DNA of 64,000 bases from an uncultured Rivularia sp. (GTDB taxonomy: Bacteria > Cyanobacteriota > Cyanobacteriia > Cyanobacteriales > Nostocaceae): positions 7,552,001-7,616,000 of the forward strand of contig OY762007.1 of the NCBI GenBank assembly GCA_963665115.1. Direction: 5' to 3'. The translations under genes and the position numbers were made by a program. The notes beneath the pieces were generated by a model. The model had not been told where the DNA came from. It did no database searches and worked only from the letters and a program-made list of their open reading frames with translations. Below, piece after piece: positions 33,278 through 42,404 of this stretch (positions within the stretch are counted from its first letter, which is position 1; each line of letters opens with the position of its first letter).

Positions 33278-33286
33278 AATATTCTG
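33278..33286 (-). promoter_or_regulatory. Degenerate J-box-like element (CAGAATATT)
   Basis: Same position relative to ATG as the other copies, but GGG altered. Confidence 0.35.
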
Positions 33287-33324
33287 AATCGAATTCGGTT
33301 TATTACTTAAATTTTTACAAAATT

Positions 33325-36079
33325 TTATTCACATTGCCAAACTTTAATCGTCTTATCGTCGCTACCGCTAAATAAAGTTTTTCCATCTGGACTAAAAATA
33401 ATCGAATTAACTTTACCTGAATACCCTTCTAAAGAAAATATTGCTTGCTTTGTAGCTATATCCCATAACTTGATACTATTATCATAACTGCTACTCGCAA
33501 GTATGTTTCCATTGGGGTTAAAAGTAATGTATCTAATAGATTTTTTATGACCTGCAAAAGTACATATTTCTTTTCTGTGAACTGCTTGCCAAAGCTTGAT
33601 ATTATTGTCTTCACTACCAGTTGCAATGATTTTTCCGTCGGGGCTAAAAGCAACTGAACGTATTCCATCGGTATGCTTGTAAGTATTAAGTATTTCACCA
33701 GTATTTAAGTCCCAAAGTATGGCTTTTTTGTCAGCACTACCGCTAACTACAATTGTTCCTTGGGGATTAAATGCAAGGCTGCTAACCCATCTTTTATGAC
33801 CTTCAAGAGTACGAATTTCTAAACCAGTATTTACATTCCATAATTTTACTGTTTTATCACCTCCAGCACTAGCAATCATTCTACCGTCAGGACTAAAAGC
33901 TAAACAATTAATTCCAGAAAATAAACCTTTATGTCCCGTAAATGTGAGAATTTTAGCCCCAGAATTTACGTCCCAAAGATGAATATGATTTTTTGAATCT
34001 CCACTTGCAATAGTTAATCCATCGGGGCTATAAGCAATAGCATAAATGGAATGTTTGGTATTAATATTTATTCGTTCTTTACCCGAAGCGATATCCCAGA
34101 GTTTGATTGTATTATCATGGCTACCGCTAGCAAGAATTTTTCCATCGGAACTAATAGCAATAGAATCAATAGAACCAGTATGAGAGCTATAATTAGCAAC
34201 GCATTGCCAATAGTATTTTTCATCTATATAGTTATAGGATTTATTCACATCCCTGAACTTTAATATTCTCCTATCTTGGCTACCACTTAATAAGATTTGG
34301 TTTTGTCCTTCCCAACTAAAAATAAAAAAGTTAGCTTCAATTAAATGTGCCGATAGAGTACATATTTCCTGTTTTGTATTTAGATTCCATAACTTGATAG
34401 AACCATTTTTATCCCCACAAGCAAGAATTGTTCCATCAAAATTAAAAGTAATATTGGTAGCAGGTAAGCTATTAGATGTAAGAGTACAAATTTTCCTTGC
34501 AGTGGCTACTTCCCAAAGTTTGATAATACATTTTTTTTTATTAGCAGCAGCAATAATTTTTCCATCGGCACTAAAAGCAACACAGCTAATTCCACCGGGA
34601 GTATTAGTACTATCTAGAGTATGAAGTATTCTACCAGTATTTAAATCCCAAAGTACCATTTTTCCATCATCACAACAGCTAGCAATAATTTGTCCACCTG
34701 GAGCGAAAGTAATACTTTTAACCGATTTATTATGACCTTTTAAAGTCCGAATTTCCGCACCCGTCTTTACATCCCATAACTTTACTGTTTCGTCAGAACC
34801 ACCACTAGCAATAAATTGACTATCGGGACTAAAACGAACGCAATTTATTGCGCCATACCAGCCTCTTAAAAAATGTATTGTTTTACCCGAATTTACATCC
34901 TTAAGTGTGATACTGTTATCGCGATCGCCACTTGCTAAAATTTGTTTATTGGGGCTAATCGCAACAGTATTAACTATAGACCCCATTATCGATATTCAAA
35001 AGTTGTTTACGCGGATTAGTTTTCCATAGCTGTATCTGATATTTTCTTGCTTTCTGCTTATTATTTATATATATATAATAAGAACCAGCACTAGCAATCA
35101 TCGTTCCGTCTTCACTAATAAAATTAGAATTCACATCATAGAGATGTACCTCAAAACTATCGAATTCTTTCCAATTATGATTATTCGTGGATGTTGATAT
35201 TGTTCCCGGAGTTGTATTACTTAAAACTTCACTTGCCAACTGATAGCGGCGACTGGTGGCACTTTCAATTAATTTATCTAAAATATTGCTAAGTTTTTCG
35301 CTAACCGGATTGTCAACTAAATATTGTTGCCACACCCAGCTATATTCTGAAATATCAAATAAATCAAAAGGAGAAGTTCCTGTTAATAAATAAATGCAGG
35401 TAACTCCTAAACTATATAAATCGCTGCTGTAAATAGCTTTACCCATAGTTTGTTCTGGTGCAACAAATTCAGGAGTACCGATGCTAGTTCCCGTTTGCAA
35501 CATTGCGGTTCCCGTAACAACTTTCGCAGCACCAAAATCTACTAAAAATATTTCTCCGTTACGATTGCGAATGATATTCTGTGGCTTAATATCTCGATGA
35601 ATTACCTCTTGATTGTGAATATATTCGAGTACGGGTATAATCGCATTTAATAATTGCCAAATTTGTTGCTCGTTAAAAATCCCTTCTGACGCTAATACTT
35701 GTTCTAAATTTTGTCCATCAATATATTCTTGAACTAAATATTGATGTTCTTCTTGAGTTAAATAATCTAATAACTTGGGAATTTGATTGTGTTTGCCTAA
35801 ATTATCTAATCTTAATGCTTCCTGTTTAAATAATTCTGCCGCTTTTTCAATATTTTTCGTACCTTCTGCTTGGAGAATAAACTGTTTGATGATGCAAAAT
35901 TCTTTAGAAGAGTTGCTTTCATCTACAGCTAACAAAGTTCTGCCAAAATTGCCTTGCCCGACTGGCTTTATAGCGCGGTAACGTTCTTTCAATAGTAGAT
36001 TTGTACCGCAAGTCAAGCAAACTTTATCGTGCGGATTATTTTGGGGTTTTTGGCAACGGGGATTAAGGCAATAACTCAT
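33325..36079 (-). CDS. 4-Cys prefix / Ser/Thr kinase / double WD40 propeller, about 917 aa (array A copy 3), split by apparent +1 error at 34981-34984
   Basis: ORFs 34970-36079 and 33325-34986 join (NIDNGSIVNTVAIS) when one C is removed; about 14 WD40 repeats. Confidence 0.85.
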
Positions 36080-36108
36080 ACTGAAAAATACATATACAAT
36101 CTACACTT

Positions 36109-36117
36109 AATATTCCC
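36109..36117 (-). promoter_or_regulatory. GGGAATATT box (J-box-like)
   Basis: Ends 29 nt before ATG of copy 3. Confidence 0.55.
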
Positions 36118-36274
36118 AATTTTTCTTTAAGCTAACTTCAATGTTCTTACAAGTATATTTAGTGGTGTTTTATGATGCTATACATAAGTATAATTATTAC
36201 AAAAAATATAACTTGCAGCTAACGCACTATTTTTATATTAGGCTTTTCTAGAATCATAAAATCTTTGACCAAAA

Positions 36275-38098
36275 TTATTCACATCGCCAAACTTTAATCG
36301 TATTATCATCGCTACCACTGAACAAAGTTTCCCCATTGGGACTAAAAACTAGAGAATTTACTCGTTCTGAATGTCCGGTAAGAATACATATTTCCTGCTT
36401 TGTATTTATATCCCACAACTTGATATCATTGCCATAGCTGCTACTAGCAAGTATTTTCCCATTCGGGCTAAAGGTAATGTATCTAATCCAGTTATTATGA
36501 CCTGGAAAAGTACAAATTAGTTCTCCACTAGTCACTTTCCAAAGCTTAATCGCACGATTGTAATCATCGCTACAAGTAACAATCATTTTTCCATCGGGGC
36601 TAAAAGCTACTGAACGAACTTCCTTATTTTTCCTATTTATACTATCGATAGTATTAAGTATTTCACCCGTGTTTAACTCCCAAAGTATGGCTGTTTTATC
36701 GGCACTAGCACTAACAAGAATATTTCCATTTGGGCTGATTGCAACACTGCTAACCCATCTGTTATGACCTTTTAGAGTTTGAATTTCCTCACCTGTAATA
36801 ACATCCCACAATTTTACTGTTGTATCACCACCAGCACTAGCAAGAATTCCACCATCTGGACTGAAACTTAAGCAATTAACTCCTGCAAAAAAACCTTTAT
36901 GTCCGATTAATCTACGAGTCTTTTTAGCTGAATTTATATCCCAAAGATGGATATTATTTTGGGAATCTCCACTAGCAAGAATGTATTTTGAGCTAAAAGC
37001 AACAGCGTAAATTGATTTTTCATGTTCGAGAGTCCCTAGTTGCTTTCCGGTGTTTATTTCCCATAGTTTTACTTGATAATCATGGCTGCCACTAGCAAGT
37101 ATCATTCCATCCGGGCTAATAGCAATAGAATCAATTTTCTTTGTATGGCTATATAAAGTGTTAATACATTGCCAACCATGTTTTGATGCATTTGATAAAA
37201 TATTTGTTATAACTAAAGAATCATTTTTATTAATATCTCTTAAAACCTCACCCGCAGATTGATAGCGGCGACTCGTAGCATATTCAATTAGTTTATCTAA
37301 AATATTACCTAATTTCTCGCTAACAGGATTATCAACTAAATACTGTCGCCACACCCAAGTACATTCAGAAATATCAAATAAATCAAAAGGAGAAATCCCA
37401 GTTAATAAATAAATACAGGTTGTTCCTAAACTATATAAATCGCTGCCATAAGTAGCTTTTCCTCTCGATTGTTCAGGTGCAACAAATTCCGGAGTACCGA
37501 TGCTAGTTCCCGTTTGTAGCATTGCAGTTTTCTTTATAACTTTCGCAGCACCAAAATCTACTAAAAATAACTGTCCGCTTCGACTGCGGATAATATTTTC
37601 TGGCTTAACATCTCGATGGATAACTTCGTTTTGATGAATAAATTCAAGTACGGGCAACAAGCTATTTAATAATTCGTAAATTTTAGCTTCGTTAAAACAA
37701 CCTTGTTCGGTTAGTATCTGAACTAAATTATGTCCATCAATGTAATCTTGTACTAAATATTGATGCTTTTCTTGAGTTAAGTATTCTAATAAATTGGGTA
37801 TTTGATTGTGTTTACCTAAATTATTCAGTCTTAAAACTTCTTGTCCAAATAATTCGGCAGCTTTTTGAATGTTATTAGTACCCTGTGCTTGGGGAAGAAA
37901 CTGTTTAATTACGCAAGCTGGCTTCGAGGGCTTGTCTTCATCCACAGCCAAAAAAGTTCTGCCAAAACCACCTTGCCCAATTGGTTTAATAGCACGATAG
38001 CGTTGTTTCAAAAGCAATTTAGTACCGCAATTTAAGCAAACTTGAGCATTCTTTTGATTTTCGGGTTGTTCACAATCAGGGTTTAGGCAATAACTCAT
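36275..38098 (-). CDS. 4-Cys prefix / Ser/Thr kinase / WD40 protein (array A copy 4)
   Basis: MSYCLNPDC..CLNCG; HRDVKPEN, DFG, APEQ; about 7 WD40 repeats. Confidence 0.92.
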   Translation of the reverse strand: MSYCLNPDCEQPENQKNAQVCLNCGTKLLLKQRYRAIKPIGQGGFGRTFLAVDEDKPSKPACVIKQFLPQAQGTNNIQKAAELFGQEVLRLNNLGKHNQIPNLLEYLTQEKHQYLVQDYIDGHNLVQILTEQGCFNEAKIYELLNSLLPVLEFIHQNEVIHRDVKPENIIRSRSGQLFLVDFGAAKVIKKTAMLQTGTSIGTPEFVAPEQSRGKATYGSDLYSLGTTCIYLLTGISPFDLFDISECTWVWRQYLVDNPVSEKLGNILDKLIEYATSRRYQSAGEVLRDINKNDSLVITNILSNASKHGWQCINTLYSHTKKIDSIAISPDGMILASGSHDYQVKLWEINTGKQLGTLEHEKSIYAVAFSSKYILASGDSQNNIHLWDINSAKKTRRLIGHKGFFAGVNCLSFSPDGGILASAGGDTTVKLWDVITGEEIQTLKGHNRWVSSVAISPNGNILVSASADKTAILWELNTGEILNTIDSINRKNKEVRSVAFSPDGKMIVTCSDDYNRAIKLWKVTSGELICTFPGHNNWIRYITFSPNGKILASSSYGNDIKLWDINTKQEICILTGHSERVNSLVFSPNGETLFSGSDDNTIKVWRCE

Positions 38099-38126
38099 AC
38101 TGTGAAAATATATAAGGTATGTACTT

Positions 38127-38135
38127 AATATTCCC
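38127..38135 (-). promoter_or_regulatory. GGGAATATT box (J-box-like)
   Basis: Ends 28 nt before ATG of copy 4. Confidence 0.55.
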
Positions 38136-38169
38136 TTGATTTGCTTGTTGCTAACTATAATTCCTGTTT

Positions 38170-38298
38170 TACCTCACCCCAGCCCTCTCCTTATCAAGGG
38201 AGAGGGAGACAAGGGGAAATAAAATTTTTAACTTATAATTTATAACTCCTAACTCCTAACTCCTAACTCCTAACTCTTAATTCCTCGCTCCTAACTCC
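38170..38298. repeat. CCCTCTCC..GGAGAGGG hairpin repeat plus STRR (TAACTCC)n
   Basis: Visible inverted repeat and tandem heptamers. Confidence 0.75.
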
Positions 38299-38353
38299 AT
38301 TTAATTGTGTATAAAGTAGGTGTGAATAATCATCATCTTAAGGCACAATTTGT

Positions 38354-38830
38354 ATGACATCTTACCAAGCTGATTCGGAAGGCGACGAAGTTATGACTGA
38401 TGTAATGGCAGAAAAGGAAAGCATCAACCATGTTGAGGTGATTGAAAACGTTATCGATACGCTGGATGAAAACGATAGCGCAATGGTTAATCATCCTTCT
38501 GATGGTGCTTATTTATGGAAGTTTAAGTACGGTAGCGTTGAAGTGTTTGTCCAATTAACGGGGACAAGCGATGAAGATACAATCACAATTTGGTCTTCTG
38601 TTTTAAAGTTGCCTGCAAAAGACGAACCTACAATGATGCGGCAGCTTTTGCAAATGAACTGTTCGAGTACTTTAGAAGCGCGATTTGGTATTGTTGAAAA
38701 CCAGGTAGTAGTTATATCTACGCGCATTTTAGAAGATTTATCTCCTGCCGAAGCCTCTCGTTTAATTACCATCGTCGCGACTATCGCTGACGACAATGAC
38801 GAAGATTTACAATCTAAATTTGGCGCTTAA
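38354..38830 (+). CDS. YbjN / type III secretion chaperone-like domain protein
   Basis: Small acidic protein, WKFKYGSVEV, LLQMN..TLEARFG, IADDND. Confidence 0.75.
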   Translation: MTSYQADSEGDEVMTDVMAEKESINHVEVIENVIDTLDENDSAMVNHPSDGAYLWKFKYGSVEVFVQLTGTSDEDTITIWSSVLKLPAKDEPTMMRQLLQMNCSSTLEARFGIVENQVVVISTRILEDLSPAEASRLITIVATIADDNDEDLQSKFGA

Positions 38831-38940
38831 CAGTTAACAGTGAGCAGTAACCAGTTATCAGTTTTGAGGTAGCTGGTTGCTTTTGTGAATAATGCTCTCG
38901 ATAGGTTTCTATCAACTAACCACTAACCACTATCAACATT

Positions 38941-39651
38941 TTGAAAACTTGGCGATTAATTCCGCTTTTAGAATGCAACGGTAAATTACAGATGGCGATC
39001 GATGAATGGTTGTTGAAACAGCATCTGTCGGGACATCCGCCGAGCCTGCGTTTTTATACTTGGTCGCCTTCGGCAATTTCTCTTGGTTATCATCAACGTA
39101 AGTATCCAGAAGATTGGCAAAATTTAATCTGGGAAAACGAGCAAATAGACTTGGTACGCCGTCCGACTGGCGGACGTGCGGTGTTGCATCACGGCGATTT
39201 AACTTACGCTGTGGTGACTTCTGGGTTTTCTGGTAGTCGGATGGAAGCGTATAAAAATATATGCGAGTTTTTGATTCAAGGATGGCGTAATCTAGGTATT
39301 GAGTTGGATTATGGTACTGCTGGAAGGGGTTATATTAATAATCCTAATTGTTTCGGTACGGCAACGGGTGCGGATTTGGTAACTGTTGATGGTAATAAGT
39401 TGATTGGTAGCGCTCAGTTAAGACGTGGTGATGCAATTTTGCAACATGGCTCGATGCGATTGAAACCGGATGCGGAGTTGTTTAAAAAGATTTTTGGTGA
39501 AGAGTTATTAGATAGAGTTGTAATTGGGGAAGATTTGGAAATTGAAAGAATAATTAGTGTTTTAGTTGATGCTGCTAAAGATTGTTTTGGGGTTGAGTTT
39601 GAGGAAAAAGTTTTGAGTGATGGTGAGTGGGAAGAGATTTTAGCAATGTAA
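38941..39651 (+). CDS. Lipoate-protein ligase A / LipM family protein
   Basis: MAIDE.LL, LRFYTW, RRPTGGRAVLH, KLIGSAQ, LQHGS; TTG start. Confidence 0.9.
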   Translation: MKTWRLIPLLECNGKLQMAIDEWLLKQHLSGHPPSLRFYTWSPSAISLGYHQRKYPEDWQNLIWENEQIDLVRRPTGGRAVLHHGDLTYAVVTSGFSGSRMEAYKNICEFLIQGWRNLGIELDYGTAGRGYINNPNCFGTATGADLVTVDGNKLIGSAQLRRGDAILQHGSMRLKPDAELFKKIFGEELLDRVVIGEDLEIERIISVLVDAAKDCFGVEFEEKVLSDGEWEEILAM

Positions 39652-39675
39652 TTAGCAACTTTATGAGTAATTTAA

Positions 39676-40980
39676 TTAAATATCTAACCAATCTTTAATT
39701 TCTTTAATCAACCATTTTCTTTCAACATCAGTTAAAAATGCACCAAAATTATACTCTTCTGCCTTCGCTTGGATAGAAATATTTTTTAATTTTTGACCAT
39801 TTATTTCAAAAGAACTAGGGCTGCTGCCAATATTATTGATAGTTGAAGTCTTACCTGTTCTTTCATAACTGAAATTAAACAGTTTCCACTTAATAAGAAA
39901 ATCGTCTTGATTAAATTGGAGAAATAATTTTCCGTAATTGGCAAATAAATAAAGATTTACAATATATAAACTAAATATCCAAAATAATATTCTACTGAAT
40001 GGAATTATCATAGAAATAAATAAGATAAGCCATATAATGCAAAATATTAGAAAAAATACATCATCAAATTTAAATCCTCGTGGTGGTATTTCTATTTCTA
40101 AGTGATTTTCAGATTTATTTAATTTAATTGGACTACCTTGCGTTTTCGTAATTTCAGCAAGTGAATTAACAGTAAGACTAAGACGACCGTTTAAAGCTTC
40201 TAATGCTTCTTCAGCAGTACTAAATCTTTGTTCAATATCTGGTTCCGTTAACTTTTCAATCCAGCGAATAAAACTAGCACTCAAACTAACTTGTTCTTGA
40301 AACTGAATCCGCATATGTTTCTGCGGTAAATCGGCTGGTATCGTTCCTGTAGCAAGATGAATTAATGTTGCCCCTAAAGCATATAAATCAGAAGCGGGAA
40401 CGGTTCTACCTCCAAATTGTTCTACGGGTGCATAACCGTAAGTTCCAACTACCGTAAATGTTGCACCTTGTGCTACAGCTCTATCTTGTACCGCTCCAAA
40501 ATCAATTAAATAAACTCGTTTATCTTCACCTAAAATTAAATTACTTGGTTTAATATCGCGGTGAATAACTAGTGGATTGAGTGTATGTAGATAACAAAGT
40601 ATCTCTAGTATATCTATGGCAATATGTTGTAATTCTTTTTCAGTGAATCTCTGTTTTCTTTCGATTAATTGTTTTAACGAGTCACCACGGATATTTTCTT
40701 CTACTAAAGCAAAAAAGCTATTATCATCAACTATAGTAAAATAATCAAGATAATCGGGAATTCCAGCATGAGAAAGTTGTTTTAAAATATCGGCTTCTCG
40801 TTCAAAAAGTTTTAAATCCTGCCACTGCATCTGTTCGGAAGATGCTAGAAATTTGAGAATTACTGTTTCGGCTGGCTTTATTGATATATCTTCAGCCAAC
40901 CAAGTCTGACGACCTGAATGTTGCCCTAATTTTTGTTTTAACTGATAACGTTCTTGTAATATTTGTTCTGCTTCTAGCAT
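39676..40980 (-). CDS. Ser/Thr kinase with TM segment and C-terminal module (array B copy 1)
   Basis: VILK, HRDIKPSN, DFG, GTYGYAP.EQ; hydrophobic segment; ends WL..EIKDWLDI. Confidence 0.9.
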   Translation of the reverse strand: MLEAEQILQERYQLKQKLGQHSGRQTWLAEDISIKPAETVILKFLASSEQMQWQDLKLFEREADILKQLSHAGIPDYLDYFTIVDDNSFFALVEENIRGDSLKQLIERKQRFTEKELQHIAIDILEILCYLHTLNPLVIHRDIKPSNLILGEDKRVYLIDFGAVQDRAVAQGATFTVVGTYGYAPVEQFGGRTVPASDLYALGATLIHLATGTIPADLPQKHMRIQFQEQVSLSASFIRWIEKLTEPDIEQRFSTAEEALEALNGRLSLTVNSLAEITKTQGSPIKLNKSENHLEIEIPPRGFKFDDVFFLIFCIIWLILFISMIIPFSRILFWIFSLYIVNLYLFANYGKLFLQFNQDDFLIKWKLFNFSYERTGKTSTINNIGSSPSSFEINGQKLKNISIQAKAEEYNFGAFLTDVERKWLIKEIKDWLDI

Positions 40981-41045
40981 GGTAGACTAATCCAAATCAA
41001 CTTATATTATTACTTTTCTAAATACTCGCTACAAACTAAAAACTA

Positions 41046-42287
41046 TTAAATCCCCAGCCAATATTTAGTCTCTCCAATTAACCATTCTCTTTCAGCATTA
41101 GTCATCACTCCGCCAAAACGATATTTTTTAGAACCAGCTTTTAAGATAATCTTTTTGAATTTATTCTCAATATATTCTATTTTGTCAATCTCGATAGATT
41201 TAATTTCTGCAACATTTCCAATTATTTTACGGTAAGTAAAACCAAATATTTTCCATCTCAATATAAATTCATCCTGATTTAATTGGAGGTGAAATTCTTT
41301 AGAATAAATTAGAAAGTAAATAATGATAGAAAGTAGGCTCAAAAACAACATCAAAATAAACATTCCACCTAAGCTTTTAGTTGTGATTTCTCTTGGTGGA
41401 ATTATTATCTCAAAGTGATTTTCGGATTTTTTTAATTTAATTCGGCTACTGTATACTCGTTCTGGGTTAGCAGATGCTCCCTGAATAATGCGACTATTTA
41501 AAGCTTTTAATGCTTGAGGTGCAGTACTGAATCTTTGCTCAATATCTGGCTCCGTTAATTTTTCAATCCAGCGAATAAAACTATTGCTCAAACTGACTTT
41601 ATCTTGAAACTGAATACGCATTTGTTTTTGCGGTAAATCGGCTGGTATTCTCCCCGTCGCCAGATGAATTAATGTTGCTCCTAAAGCATATAAATCGGAA
41701 GCGGGAACTGTTCTACCACCGAATTGTTCAATTGGTGCGTAACCGTAAGTTCCAACTACTGTAAAGGTTGTACCTTTGGCTGCTGCGCTGTCTTGTACTG
41801 CTCCGAAGTCAATTAAATAAACTTGTTTTTCTCCACCCAACATTAAGTTACTTGGTTTAATGTCGCGGTGAATTACTTGTGGGTTTAGTGTATGTAGATA
41901 ACAAAGAATTTCTAATACTTCTGTAGCAATTGTTCGTAATTCTTCTTCACTAAATCTCTGTTTGCTTTCTATCAATTGTTTAAACGAAGAGCCGGGAATA
42001 TATTCTTGGACTAAAGCAAACCAATGATTCTTATCTTCTAGAGAAAAATAATCGCGATATTTAGGGATTCTCGGATGAGAAAGCTGCTTAAGAATATCGG
42101 CTTCCCGTTCAAAAAGTTTTAAATCTTGCCATTGGAAATTATCCCCAAAGGATAAAAATTTGAGGATTACTGTTTCTGCTGGCTGAATTGAGATATCTTC
42201 AGCTAACCAGGTTTGACGACCTGCATTTTGTGCTAACTTTTGTTTTAATTGGTAGCGCTGTTGGAATATCAGTTTTGGTTCTAACAT
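41046..42287 (-). CDS. Ser/Thr kinase with TM segment and C-terminal module (array B copy 2)
   Basis: Paralog of neighbours; shorter hydrophobic segment; ends WL..ETKYWLGI. Confidence 0.9.
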   Translation of the reverse strand: MLEPKLIFQQRYQLKQKLAQNAGRQTWLAEDISIQPAETVILKFLSFGDNFQWQDLKLFEREADILKQLSHPRIPKYRDYFSLEDKNHWFALVQEYIPGSSFKQLIESKQRFSEEELRTIATEVLEILCYLHTLNPQVIHRDIKPSNLMLGGEKQVYLIDFGAVQDSAAAKGTTFTVVGTYGYAPIEQFGGRTVPASDLYALGATLIHLATGRIPADLPQKQMRIQFQDKVSLSNSFIRWIEKLTEPDIEQRFSTAPQALKALNSRIIQGASANPERVYSSRIKLKKSENHFEIIIPPREITTKSLGGMFILMLFLSLLSIIIYFLIYSKEFHLQLNQDEFILRWKIFGFTYRKIIGNVAEIKSIEIDKIEYIENKFKKIILKAGSKKYRFGGVMTNAEREWLIGETKYWLGI

Positions 42288-42404
42288 AAGGAACTATTAA
42301 AAAAAATGTATAAAAATAAACAATTCGCCCGGTTGCTTATAGGTTTATCACTACCTGTAATACTTCAAAACAGAAGACAGATATTCCTAATTACTAATCA
42401 ATAA

